From: Planctomycetota bacterium | Lineage (GTDB): Bacteria; Planctomycetota; GCA-002687715; DRQF01 | Length of the DNA stretch: 64,000 nt | NCBI GenBank assembly: GCA_027001995.1 | Contig: JALTLO010000064.1 | Coordinates: 1-64,000, forward strand | Reading direction: 5' to 3' | Shown: one piece after another, positions 8,258 through 18,290 of the stretch | Layout of the letters: each line of letters starts with the position of its first letter | Position numbering within the stretch: the stretch's first letter is position 1 | Translations under genes and position numbers: made by a program | Notes under the pieces: model-generated | Database searches by the model: none | What the model saw: the letters and a program-made list of their open reading frames with translations, nothing else | What the model was told of the DNA's origin: nothing

Positions 8258-9931
8258 CTAGTGGATCAAGAGCCGCAAACCATTGGAACTACGAATCGTA
8301 GGTGCCGACTCGAAGAACTGAAGATAGATGTGTGTGCCTGCCAAGAAGGGGTTCAGCAAGCTTACGTTGGGAGCATGAAATTCCCCAAGATTGTCGAAGC
8401 CGAAGGCACCCGTGGCTAAGAGATTGGTCGGATCATTCGCGATCAGCAATGGGATTCCGAAAGACAAAAGGAAATCGGTTGGCGCCAAGCTTGCTCCAAA
8501 CAACCCGAAGCCGGCCGGGGTTGCTTCAGTGCAACTCAAAAGTCCTGTCAAGGCCGTGGGGTCAGCCCCGTCAGGGTGCCAAGTCAGAAAGAGGTTGGTC
8601 TCTCCAGTTTCCGACTGAAAACTGCTCACTGGTAGAGTCGGAGCAAGAAGGAGCTGGGTGATTGATACGGATAGTGGGATCGCTGGGTCGTTTAGGGCCC
8701 CAACAATAGCATCAGGAAAACCATCACCGTCAACATCTTTCCCTCCGTCCAATGCCCTACCGAAATGACGGTATGACGCCGGCTCTCCGCTTTGAGCGTA
8801 GATAACAGAGGCGTCATCTCCGGAATAGATCTGAACGCGCCCGGCTTGGTTATTCCATGCCACCTCGCTCACCATAAAATCAAAGAACCCGTCTCCATTG
8901 ATGTCTCCGGCGCGGCTCACGTTTGCTCCGAATCCGTTCAAGAATGAGGGAAACGCCGAAGTTCCCGTGAGGGCATGAAGGACGGAACCATCTAACCCGG
9001 AAAGAACAGCGATGGCGCCTCCCTGGATCAGATTGCCAAAGGTGCCACTCTCGCCGCTTCCACCTACGATTTGGTCATCGATACCGTCATGATTCACATC
9101 CCCGATCCCGTCGAGACTAACTCCGAAATGAAGGTTCGAAACCGTACTCGGTACGGTGCGAATAAGACTGCCGTCAGATCCAGAGAAAATGGAAATAAGA
9201 CCACTTTGGCTTGGCGAAGCAAGTGGTGCGCCAACGATAACGTCACTGACACCATCATTGTTGACGTCACCGGCCTCGGCAACAGCAGAGCCGAAACTAT
9301 TGGATATCCCCGTGGGCCCTATGTTGAGGGTGTGAAGAAGTGTCCCCAGCTTTCCTGAGTAAACGTAGACAGCACCGGACGCAGGAACAGGACTGAAAAA
9401 AGGAAGAGTTGTTGCGGGAGCCCCAATAGCGAAGTCGTTGACGCCATCGCTGTCAAGATCGCCAAGAGCCGTCACTGCATGGCCAAAGAGGCTACTGCCT
9501 TCGAGCCCGCTGAGCGTGTAGAGGGGCAAGCCTGTGAGTCCAGAGTAAACCCGAGCCTCACCTGACGCCGGAAAGTTTCCGGTCTTGCCGCTTATGCCAA
9601 TGAGGAAGTCATCGAAACCGTCATTGTTGATATCGCCAATGCCGCATGCCGACGCGCCGAAGCGGTCATTCAAGCTCACCCCATCCAACTGATGAATCAG
9701 GCTTCCGTCCGAACCGGAATAGGCAGAAACACGCCCCGCAAGACCAACATCAACTTGAAACAGCGCAACAAGAAAGTCCTCCACACCGTCTCCATTCAAA
9801 TCTCCAGCAAAGGAGACTTTGTCTGGCCGCCCAATGACGGATTGATCAACAGTCAAAGGATTTTGAGCAATCAGCGATCCATTTCCAAAAAGAACAGCGA
9901 CACATGCGGCCACGATGATTCGGTGAGACAT
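8258..9931 (-). CDS. Secreted FG-GAP/integrin-alpha-like seven-bladed beta-propeller protein
   Basis: Signal peptide; seven DxxxDGxxD Ca-binding repeats (GDLNGDGVED, GDINNDGFDD, GDLDSDGVND, GDVNNDGVSD, GDVNHDGIDD, GDINGDGFFD, KDVDGDGFPD); extra C-terminal domain. Confidence 0.9.
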   Translation of the reverse strand: MSHRIIVAACVAVLFGNGSLIAQNPLTVDQSVIGRPDKVSFAGDLNGDGVEDFLVALFQVDVGLAGRVSAYSGSDGSLIHQLDGVSLNDRFGASACGIGDINNDGFDDFLIGISGKTGNFPASGEARVYSGLTGLPLYTLSGLEGSSLFGHAVTALGDLDSDGVNDFAIGAPATTLPFFSPVPASGAVYVYSGKLGTLLHTLNIGPTGISNSFGSAVAEAGDVNNDGVSDVIVGAPLASPSQSGLISIFSGSDGSLIRTVPSTVSNLHFGVSLDGIGDVNHDGIDDQIVGGSGESGTFGNLIQGGAIAVLSGLDGSVLHALTGTSAFPSFLNGFGANVSRAGDINGDGFFDFMVSEVAWNNQAGRVQIYSGDDASVIYAQSGEPASYRHFGRALDGGKDVDGDGFPDAIVGALNDPAIPLSVSITQLLLAPTLPVSSFQSETGETNLFLTWHPDGADPTALTGLLSCTEATPAGFGLFGASLAPTDFLLSFGIPLLIANDPTNLLATGAFGFDNLGEFHAPNVSLLNPFLAGTHIYLQFFESAPTIRSSNGLRLLIH

Positions 9932-10512
9932 TGGTTTGCTCCAGATTATGACATCAAAGAACGTTCGACTCCGTCGCGATTAGACACCAATTAGTGAGAA
10001 TATCCGATCAATATGGTGCTGTCCAGAAACCATTTGTGGATAGTTTCTTCTAGCGAACTTTCTCTCTCGGATTCCAAAGAACCCCTTTGGCTTAACCGGG
10101 CTGGCGTATCCCAATATCAAGGGAAGAGGAGCCTATACGACTCCGAGTTGAGGTGGGAGGCGATTTATCAAAGTACAAGACACGGGAGGGGGTCCTTATC
10201 CATGTGCTCAACTGAATTTGATGAAGCCAAACGCGGTGACCTATTGCACGGCAACTTGCAGGCCCATAGCTACGGGCCAAGATATTCAAACTTCCTTATG
10301 TTCATGAGAAAAATACCCATGCCAGCCATTCTGGTTTCCTCGGCAGGTTTGGGAACCATCACCATAGGCTTCGAGAGTCAGCGCCTTGGTTTGTGTCGTG
10401 TTTCTAACCTGTTGAGATACCATGACTTGGATTCTTTGAAGGAATTCGACGAAAGTGGCAAATTTGGCCGGGTGCAGTAAAGAAATACCTCGTCGTTTCC
10501 GATAGTGGGAAT

Positions 10513-11454
10513 ATGTCGCTCATTGAAAGAAAATCCAAGAAGAACAAAGTCGTGCCTGTCCAGGACTGTGGGCCTATTCTCATTGTTGAAGATGAGCCAG
10601 CCTTCGAGCGCATCTTGCGCAAGCGCCTGGAATCAAGTGGCTACCAAGTGATCTCAGCTTCTGACGGCGAGGAGGGCTTGGAGAAAGCTAAGCAGCATTC
10701 TCCCGATGTGATCTTGTCAGACTGGATGATGCCCAAAATGACCGGCCTTGAGCTGTGCGCGGCCATTCGGGCTTGTCCTGAGCTGGAGGGCGCCTACGTC
10801 ATCATGCTGTCGAACAAGGCCGACTCGGACGAACGGGTCATGGGCATCAATCAAGGTGCCGATGACTACCTTATGAAGACCTGCGATGTAGGAGAGCTTC
10901 TTGCTCGTATTGGTGCTGGTGTTCGGATAAGGAAGCTGCAAAAAGAGCTCTTGTTGCGTAGTCAGATTGACGGCATGACCGAACTCTACAACCGGACATT
11001 CTTCTTTCATCGTATCGAAGAAGAGCTTCGGCGCGCTGGGCGCTATGAGCACAAAACTACGCTCTGCATGGTTGATCTCAATGATTTTAAGTTGATCAAT
11101 GATGACTACGGCCACTTAGCTGGAGACGCTGCTATTTTGCGGGTCGCTGAAGTTCTAAGGCTGAACTGCCGTGAAACGGATATTGTGGCCCGCTACGGTG
11201 GTGACGAGTTTGCTATTCTTTTCACTGAGAGTGATGAGGAAACGGCGCGTTTAGTTATGCAACGTATTGAAGAACAACTGATGAGTGAATCCTTCGCATT
11301 CGAGGGACTGGATCTCTGCGTCAATTTGAGTTTTGGTTTAGCTGAGGCTAGCCCTGAAGCCATCCCCAGCCCCGATGAACTGGTGGCGGAAGCAGATGAG
11401 CGTCTCTATGAAATGAAGAAGCTCAAGAAATCGCGAGCATCGGCAAAGTCATAG
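10513..11454 (+). CDS. Response regulator-diguanylate cyclase (REC-GGDEF)
   Basis: REC domain (IVEDE, LSDWMMP, GADDYLMK) plus an intact GGDEF motif preceded by an RxxD I-site (RETD). Confidence 0.93.
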   Translation: MSLIERKSKKNKVVPVQDCGPILIVEDEPAFERILRKRLESSGYQVISASDGEEGLEKAKQHSPDVILSDWMMPKMTGLELCAAIRACPELEGAYVIMLSNKADSDERVMGINQGADDYLMKTCDVGELLARIGAGVRIRKLQKELLLRSQIDGMTELYNRTFFFHRIEEELRRAGRYEHKTTLCMVDLNDFKLINDDYGHLAGDAAILRVAEVLRLNCRETDIVARYGGDEFAILFTESDEETARLVMQRIEEQLMSESFAFEGLDLCVNLSFGLAEASPEAIPSPDELVAEADERLYEMKKLKKSRASAKS

Positions 11455-11521
11455 CTTCTGGCTTCCCACTCTGTGACAGTCGTTCTCATGACGCCACAAA
11501 CAATAGAAACAACTTTGGAAA

Positions 11522-11547
11522 CAGGCCGCAACGTGAGTTGCGGCCTG
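11522..11547. terminator. Hairpin between convergent genes, probable terminator
   Basis: Perfect 11-bp stem CAGGCCGCAAC-gtga-GTTGCGGCCTG. Confidence 0.75.
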
Positions 11548-11577
11548 CTCATGAAGGTTGTGATTCGATCAATCGAT

Positions 11578-12855
11578 CTATTGAATAATGTATCCTGAGT
11601 TGCCGGGAGCGGTGCTGGTGAGGGCGGTGTTCTTCAAGAAGACAATGCCCCGACCTATAGGATGACTGGGGTTGTTACCGACGCCAGCTAAGTCGAGAGG
11701 ATTTGAGGGAAGCACAGTACCTCCGGGTCCGTGATCAAAGAATTCGAAGGCTGATTTGCCGGGGCCACGGGCATGGAGAGTGCCCATGCGCGCTGACAAA
11801 TCTTGCCCGAAACCTGCTACGTTTGGATCGACGCCGTAGCCAGGAGTAATACCAACACCGGTGTTGATGCTGGGAAAAGCGTTGTATCCATGGACATAGG
11901 TGGCGATGTCATCGTTCTCGGTGATTACGATCTCGCCTCCGTGGGGTCCAGTTGCATTGGCAAACTCTGCCAGGTTTGCGAAGACAAATTTGACCTTGGT
12001 CACACCGGAACTATCGCGAAACTGCTGAGCGTAGATTCTGGATGTGGGGGCGTAGGAAGGATTTTCCGGAGAGAGATCGGTGTAGAAACACATGATGCGT
12101 GGAAGGCCGGTTCTGATACCGTTCACAGTGGGGTTGGGGAAGGTGGTTGTGCCGGCGCCAAAGGAAATGTATCCGTTGGTGGACACAAATGCTTGGGTGT
12201 AGTTCACGCCATAGAAGTTGAAATTAAAACCGTTCTTGAAGTTAAACGTACCAAAGGCGTCTGGAGACGCTTGGGCGATGGGGAACTTCTTGTAGCCGTC
12301 TTCGAAGCTGCCCAAGATTGCCGCTGTCGAATTGACATTGAAGGGGGCCGCGGTTTGGTCGGTGAGGATCACTTGGGAAGCGATCTCGAATTGAGCATAG
12401 GCTGCCATGTTGGTGCAGGTTGGAATATTCGCTTGCTGAACGCAGGATGGCTGGATGGCAATTGTGTTGAAGGATCCGGTGGCGTCTGTCATGTTGCTGG
12501 CATTGGGATTGGTGAAACCGTCGAGGAGGGTTTGGTCCAAGTAGCCGTTGTTGCCTACGTCCTTGATGTCGAACTGGACGCCGAAGGTGTTGACTGCATT
12601 GATGTCGATGCTCGTTCCAAGGTTCCCAGACCTTCTGAAAACAAGCGCTACGGGGCCAACCACGGGGAAGGCTTGGATATTGAGTTGGAACAAGGCATCT
12701 GTAATTCCGTTGGCATTGATCGGAGTCGAAAGGCCAATAGAAGTGGACGCCGGTGCGTCAGCCATATATTGATTGAAAGCCCCGCTGGTAACACCTTGGC
12801 CATACAGGGTGGTGCCCAAGATCAGCGTCATAAAGACGATTGTTGGTTTTGACAT
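11578..12855 (-). CDS. Secreted protein with nidogen (NIDO)-like segment
   Basis: Signal peptide from ATG 12855 (MSKPTIVFMTLILGTTLYGQ); FNFNFYGVNYTQAFVSTNGYISFG motif. Confidence 0.7.
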   Translation of the reverse strand: MSKPTIVFMTLILGTTLYGQGVTSGAFNQYMADAPASTSIGLSTPINANGITDALFQLNIQAFPVVGPVALVFRRSGNLGTSIDINAVNTFGVQFDIKDVGNNGYLDQTLLDGFTNPNASNMTDATGSFNTIAIQPSCVQQANIPTCTNMAAYAQFEIASQVILTDQTAAPFNVNSTAAILGSFEDGYKKFPIAQASPDAFGTFNFKNGFNFNFYGVNYTQAFVSTNGYISFGAGTTTFPNPTVNGIRTGLPRIMCFYTDLSPENPSYAPTSRIYAQQFRDSSGVTKVKFVFANLAEFANATGPHGGEIVITENDDIATYVHGYNAFPSINTGVGITPGYGVDPNVAGFGQDLSARMGTLHARGPGKSAFEFFDHGPGGTVLPSNPLDLAGVGNNPSHPIGRGIVFLKNTALTSTAPGNSGYIIQ

Positions 12856-13116
12856 TGATAGATTCCCTTTGCTGTCGGCTTCGATGGTCTCGGAGAGAGA
12901 CCATGGCACTCGAACGCCGTTTTCTACGCACTCCGTTCCGCCTTCACTATGCGCTTCTTCACCATGGTTGCCAAAGAACTTTTGGATTAGTTTTTCAGGC
13001 GCAAGAATGTTCTGGGAATCGGCGATTCAGGAGCTGGGATAGGAATTGGGGGCTTCCTTCACGAATGGGGCAATTGGCTCTTACGATTCAGATCTGCCCG
13101 ATGGTGAACTTCGTCC

Positions 13117-16100
13117 CTATGGCTGGAGGGAGCGAGTGTCGATGTTCTTCACTTCCTCACTGGTTCCCAATCTTGCTTTTGCTGTCAATGAACCGACAAT
13201 GAGGTCAATGAAGCGCTGAGGCGATTGCTCGATCAACGCCTTCTCGATCGACTCAACTGAGTTCCCGAAGCGAGAGAAGATGTCGCGGCTTTGGAGGGCA
13301 CTCTCATGGTCTTTGTGCAAGAGCAACAGAGCAATACGCTCGGAGGCCACCATGTCCTTCGCCACTTCAAGCAGCTCATAGAGGCCAGATCCGGGTATTC
13401 CCATGTCCAGAATCAAAAGGTCAATGGGGCGCTTGGAGTCGGTTAGACAGGTGATGGCGACTTCCGGATTTGTCGTCGATTCGATGGTGAATGGGGTGTC
13501 TCTCAATGCGTTTCTTAATCCCACGACAGTGGCCTCATCGCCATCAACAACCAAGATACGGGCCTTCATGGCGAAGGCTGCTTTGATGGGCAAAAGACTT
13601 AGACGGTCGTCGATGTCTGACTCAGAGATAGGCTTTTGAAGCATGCCACAAAGGATGGTGTCGTCGCATGCTTCTATGAGCACTTCAGGGGCGTGCCCTG
13701 TGGCAACACAAAATTCGACACTGAATTCTTTGATCGCTCCGATCGCCCGGCCTAGGTCGATTCCATTGCGCAGCCGTGGGTGATTGTTGTGGGGCAAGAT
13801 GAATTCGCTCAGGACCCAGCGGGGTTGAAGCTGGTGTACGAGCTCCATGGCTTCCGCCGCAGTGCGGGCGGTGACGACCCTGGCCCCAATCGGAGATAGG
13901 GCCTTTTTGGCTGTGTCGACGAAGTTCTGGTCGAGCCCCACGACGATTGCTGTTTGACCAGGAAAGTCGACGACGATTTCTTCTTCTTCATCCGGTGCAC
14001 AAATTGGAAGAGTGACACGGACAGTGGTTCCATGGCCGATGCCATCACTCTGGACGCGAATTGTGCCCCCCATCATGTTGAGAAGGTCTCTGGCTAAAGT
14101 GAGCCCAAGGCCGCTCCCTCCGAATCGTCTGGAGTCGCTGCCATCAGCTTGAACAAAGGCGTCGAAGATTCGCACTTGATCTTTAGCTTCCAAACCGATT
14201 CCTTCATCGGTGACACGGATCTCGGTAAAGCCTCGTTCCCTTTGGCAAGTGGCTGAAATTGTAATCGTGCCTTCGTCCGAGAACTTAATCGCATTCCCGA
14301 CAATGATAGACATGATTTGCACCATGCGGATATAGTCGCCGTGGGCCTCAATTGGTGCGTCACATGGAATGAGTTTGATTTCGATGCCCTTCTTGCTCGC
14401 TTCCTTTTCGAGGCTTGATTTGGCTTCTCCCAAGAGCGGGTCGATCTCGAAATCTTCTGGGTCCATCCTGGTTTGCCCAGAGTCGATTTTGGCCAAGTCA
14501 AGGACATCATTGATGACATCGAGCAAGTTTTCGGCCTGCTCATGAGCTCCGCGTACAAATTCCATCTCTTCATCCCGGTCCTCAGCCATGTCATCCATGA
14601 TGAGTTGCAGGTATCCCATCATGCCTGATATTGGTGAGCGCAGTTCATGGGAAGTGGTGGAGAGGAAGTTGTTCTTGATCCTATCAGCTTCTATGAGCTT
14701 GTCGTTGAGTTGGCGGAGTTCGAATGCCTGGTTCATCTCGACACCCACAGCCAGCTTCAATTCTTCGGTTAGCTCTTCCATGGTCCGGGCTTGTCTCGCC
14801 ATTTCTTCATGATTCTTGGCGTTGAAGATAGCCTCGGCCAAGGTTTGAGAGAGCAGGCCAAAGACAGGCATGGGACTTTCTGAGATTGAACTATCGAAGG
14901 CCAATTCCAAGACACCTAAACAGGCCCCAGCAGATACCAAAGGATAGGCGGCCCGCCCTCCTTGCATGTCTTTGTCTTCAGTGTCGCAGACGAAGAGCTC
15001 CTTTTGACTTTGTGGGAAAGGGCTTACTTGATTCTCAAGGGTTCGGACCGCCTGTCCCAAGAAGCCTTCATGAAGGGGATGACAAATGGTGCCCGCAGCT
15101 CGGGTTCCGAAGAGCTTAAGGCAGTGGTGGCGTTTCTCGCAATGGACTTTGTGATCGCAGCTTGAACAAAACTGAGCCGCCTCCTTCATCCAAATCCTCG
15201 CTTTGACTCCGAAGGTAACCTCGATGCCCACCACGGCCCGACGCATGACCTCTTGAAGATCAAGAACCTCGACGATGTTCTGAGCCACCCTATGCAGATC
15301 GAGGAGAGACTGGGTGTAACGTGCCCTTTCTTCTTTAACCTGAATGATCGCCCGTTGATCATGGTGGACTGCGACGTAGTAAATAGTCTCTTTGTCGCGT
15401 TCGACTGGGGCAATTGTCACAATCGAGGAGAGGCGCCCACCTCCTTGGATGTCGATATTCAGTTCGCCGGTGCAACTCTCTCCTTCAGATGTCCCTTCGC
15501 ACAAAGATTGGATTCGGTTGCGGCTTGTCCCTTCGGAGAAGAGTGTTTCATAACGACAGCCGATGATCTGGCTTCGTTCCCATCCCGTCTTCTTGGAGAA
15601 AGCGCGGTTAGAATAGACAACGTGGCGATCTGGGCTCAGCACGATGACAGGGTCACTGGTGCCACCCATCACATGGGCCAGAATCTGCAATTCTTGATTC
15701 TGAAGGTACAGACGTTCGGCCATGGCGTTGAAGGCAACGGTGAGAACACCCAATTCGTCTTCGCCTTGTTCGTGAACCAAACCGTTGTGTTTTCCTTTTG
15801 CCAGAGATCTCGTCGCGCTGACAAGATTCTCGACGTTGTCCAGGAAACGACGGAGTCGATTCGTAGCCCCTAGCATGGCAATGCAGGTGGCGAGCAGAAT
15901 GACTGCGGCCATGAGAATGACCGTGTGTTGTTGGACACCAAACAAATGTTCCATCTCAGATCCGGACTGCAAATTTGCCATCGTCGTATCGATGTGATTC
16001 ACCACGGAAATGGTGCAGACAATGACGACGGAAACAATGGCGTTGAAAACTAAGCGTACCTGAGCTGGTAGTGACCGATGAAGGGCAAGCGAGTCCTTGG

Positions 16101-16980
16101 CAATGAGAACAAGGATCGGGCTTGCGAGGGCGCAGATCAAGACTTGTCTCCCTTGGATGAGGGCAGATTCGGGCCCTTCACCGGCGAGATAGATAACGTG
16201 GGTTGCCATGCCACCAATCGCAAAGGCGGCCGTGGCCAGTCGCATGGGTTCCCATTCCTTGCGGAAGCGAAAACCTTGCTTGATTGCGACGTAGCCATAG
16301 GCAGGGAGAGCCAAGCTCGACAAGGCCGTCAGGAATGTGCCAAGAGAGCCAGTGACATGGACGTTCGACATGGCAATGGGGACTGCCAAGGCCGTAGCCG
16401 CCACAAACAGGCCCAAGGAACGCACCGATGATTTCCCTGTGCGGCCCCCAAAGAACTCTCCGGTGGCCATAAACATGGCTGTGCCAAAGTTTATGATCAA
16501 CCCCAAGAAAAGGGCCATGTCTCCGCCATCGACCGTGAGTGCCGCAAAGCTCGACATGGAGCCAATGGTGTTGCTCATGATGGCAACGGCCATGAATAAA
16601 AATGCAAAACTTGTGAGTTGAGGACCTCGTCTTTGTCTTTGGACACCACGAGAGAAAATGCTGACGAAGCAAACGCTTGCTAAAGAACCGAGAATAACCT
16701 GAAGGAGCAGGCCGTGAGTCTGGCCCCGGTCCCAGGCTTGTTCAACGGGCCAGTCAGCAAAACTCACCCAGCCAATGGCGAACGGTAAGATGAGTGCCGC
16801 AGCCGTAATCCACTTCTTGGCCTTGGGCCCTAAGGTGGAGGCTCTTGAGTCGATGAGATTGATGACATTTGAATCAGTTTTCACAGATTTTCTCCCTGAG
16901 ATGTTATCGACCGGGGAGATATCCCATTTTGATCCTGTTTCCTGAGTTTCGGTAAATAACCGGCAGAGGGTGGTTTCCAT
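13117..16980 (-). CDS. Hybrid sensor histidine kinase (multi-TM, HAMP, PAS, GAF, HisKA, HATPase, two REC-like domains)
   Basis: HAMP DELGVLTVAFNAM; PAS YSNRAF; H-box TTSHELRSP; NAIKF, DEGIG and GSGLGL boxes. Start codon uncertain. Confidence 0.92.
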   Translation of the reverse strand: METTLCRLFTETQETGSKWDISPVDNISGRKSVKTDSNVINLIDSRASTLGPKAKKWITAAALILPFAIGWVSFADWPVEQAWDRGQTHGLLLQVILGSLASVCFVSIFSRGVQRQRRGPQLTSFAFLFMAVAIMSNTIGSMSSFAALTVDGGDMALFLGLIINFGTAMFMATGEFFGGRTGKSSVRSLGLFVAATALAVPIAMSNVHVTGSLGTFLTALSSLALPAYGYVAIKQGFRFRKEWEPMRLATAAFAIGGMATHVIYLAGEGPESALIQGRQVLICALASPILVLIAKDSLALHRSLPAQVRLVFNAIVSVVIVCTISVVNHIDTTMANLQSGSEMEHLFGVQQHTVILMAAVILLATCIAMLGATNRLRRFLDNVENLVSATRSLAKGKHNGLVHEQGEDELGVLTVAFNAMAERLYLQNQELQILAHVMGGTSDPVIVLSPDRHVVYSNRAFSKKTGWERSQIIGCRYETLFSEGTSRNRIQSLCEGTSEGESCTGELNIDIQGGGRLSSIVTIAPVERDKETIYYVAVHHDQRAIIQVKEERARYTQSLLDLHRVAQNIVEVLDLQEVMRRAVVGIEVTFGVKARIWMKEAAQFCSSCDHKVHCEKRHHCLKLFGTRAAGTICHPLHEGFLGQAVRTLENQVSPFPQSQKELFVCDTEDKDMQGGRAAYPLVSAGACLGVLELAFDSSISESPMPVFGLLSQTLAEAIFNAKNHEEMARQARTMEELTEELKLAVGVEMNQAFELRQLNDKLIEADRIKNNFLSTTSHELRSPISGMMGYLQLIMDDMAEDRDEEMEFVRGAHEQAENLLDVINDVLDLAKIDSGQTRMDPEDFEIDPLLGEAKSSLEKEASKKGIEIKLIPCDAPIEAHGDYIRMVQIMSIIVGNAIKFSDEGTITISATCQRERGFTEIRVTDEGIGLEAKDQVRIFDAFVQADGSDSRRFGGSGLGLTLARDLLNMMGGTIRVQSDGIGHGTTVRVTLPICAPDEEEEIVVDFPGQTAIVVGLDQNFVDTAKKALSPIGARVVTARTAAEAMELVHQLQPRWVLSEFILPHNNHPRLRNGIDLGRAIGAIKEFSVEFCVATGHAPEVLIEACDDTILCGMLQKPISESDIDDRLSLLPIKAAFAMKARILVVDGDEATVVGLRNALRDTPFTIESTTNPEVAITCLTDSKRPIDLLILDMGIPGSGLYELLEVAKDMVASERIALLLLHKDHESALQSRDIFSRFGNSVESIEKALIEQSPQRFIDLIVGSLTAKARLGTSEEVKNIDTRSLQP

Positions 16981-17103
16981 TCTCTACGGCGACTTGGTTT
17001 CCCAGGCACAAACGCTCATGAGATTGGGTTAACTCCTTGCAATTATGAGCAGTTGCGTTCGCCCACCTGGATAGATTCTGAGAATTCTGTAGGATGCCCC
17101 TCC

Positions 17104-18240
17104 ATGGAAGCGCGGATACATCACATCAAAAATCGCGATCAGTTGGATCGTTCTTTGGACACGATTGCGGCTTGCGATTTGTTGGCCGTGGACACGGAGT
17201 CCAACAGCATGTACGCCTACCAAGAGCAGGTTTGCTACGTTCAGCTGCGGGCTCAAGATGATATCTATCTGATTGACACGGTGGCATTGCGGGATTTGTC
17301 GCCCCTTGTTGAGATCTTCGCGGACCCTAATCGAGAAACGATCCTCCACGGAGCAGACTACGACGTGGTCTGTATGGCTCGAGATTTTGATATCCGATTC
17401 GCCCGTATTTTTGACACCATGCTAGCGAGTCAAGTCTTAGACAAACCTCGTCTGGGTCTAGCAGCTCTCTGCGAAGAGTACTTCGAAGTTGAACTGGACA
17501 AGTCTCTTACGAAATACAATTGGGGCAAGCGCCCCCTCGAAGACAAGTATGTCCGGTACTTGGTAGAAGACGTGGCCTACCTGTATGAACTTCGCGCCCA
17601 CCTCACCGAAGAAATTGAGGCAGCAGACTTGGCTGAAGAGGCTGCTATCGAATTTGAGCGCACCGCAAATGTGATGTGGAAACCTCGGGCTGTTGATCCG
17701 GAAGGATTTCGCAAGATTAAGGGCGCTCGGCTATTGGAGTTCGAACAAGCTTGCGTTCTGAAGGCGATCTATTTGGTGCGCGAAAGAATCGCTGAAGAGC
17801 TCGACTTGCCCCCATTTAAGGTGGCTAACTCCCAAGCTCTTCTCTCTCTGGCGAAAGTCACCAAGGCCACAGTCGGTCACATAGCTAAGTATCGGGCCTT
17901 TCGGCCACGCATCTGGCACCAGTATGAAGAAGAAATTGTAGCCGCAGTCAGAGCCGGACTCGCTGGTGAAGTGAAACCGATCAAACCAGAAAAAAAACCT
18001 CGGCTGCCCAAAGAGATTTCGCAGTGCAATGATGAACTCAGAGAGTGGCGCAAGGCACCAGCGGAGGAGAGGGGCTGCCCCCGCCTTGTGGTCTTGCCTA
18101 ATCATGCCATCGCCGAGATCTTAGAGCAGCGGCCTATGACTCGGGAAGCTCTGGCTGAAATCAAAGGTTTGGGCGCCAAGCGGGTTTCACTTTATGGCGA
18201 ATCGATCTTGGCGATAACCCAACGCTTCTTTGGCCCCTGA
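17104..18240 (+). CDS. rnd: Ribonuclease D (DEDDy exonuclease plus two HRDC domains)
   Basis: AVDTES, LHGADYD, IFDTMLA and YLVEDV motifs; C-terminal HRDC (IKGLGAKR). Start taken at ATG 17104. Confidence 0.88.
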   Translation: MEARIHHIKNRDQLDRSLDTIAACDLLAVDTESNSMYAYQEQVCYVQLRAQDDIYLIDTVALRDLSPLVEIFADPNRETILHGADYDVVCMARDFDIRFARIFDTMLASQVLDKPRLGLAALCEEYFEVELDKSLTKYNWGKRPLEDKYVRYLVEDVAYLYELRAHLTEEIEAADLAEEAAIEFERTANVMWKPRAVDPEGFRKIKGARLLEFEQACVLKAIYLVRERIAEELDLPPFKVANSQALLSLAKVTKATVGHIAKYRAFRPRIWHQYEEEIVAAVRAGLAGEVKPIKPEKKPRLPKEISQCNDELREWRKAPAEERGCPRLVVLPNHAIAEILEQRPMTREALAEIKGLGAKRVSLYGESILAITQRFFGP

Positions 18241-18290
18241 TCAAAGAGCTCTCAGGTTTCTGCCGACGAATAGTTTCCGCCGCCGAATAC

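Noticed and set aside
10013..10480. 155-aa ORF between the FG-GAP gene and the diguanylate cyclase
   Set aside because: No motifs or clear RBS, and it occupies the expected divergent promoter region. It cannot be supported.
11803..12852. 349-aa plus-strand ORF
   Set aside because: It is the antisense shadow of the secreted NIDO-like gene and has no recognisable motifs.
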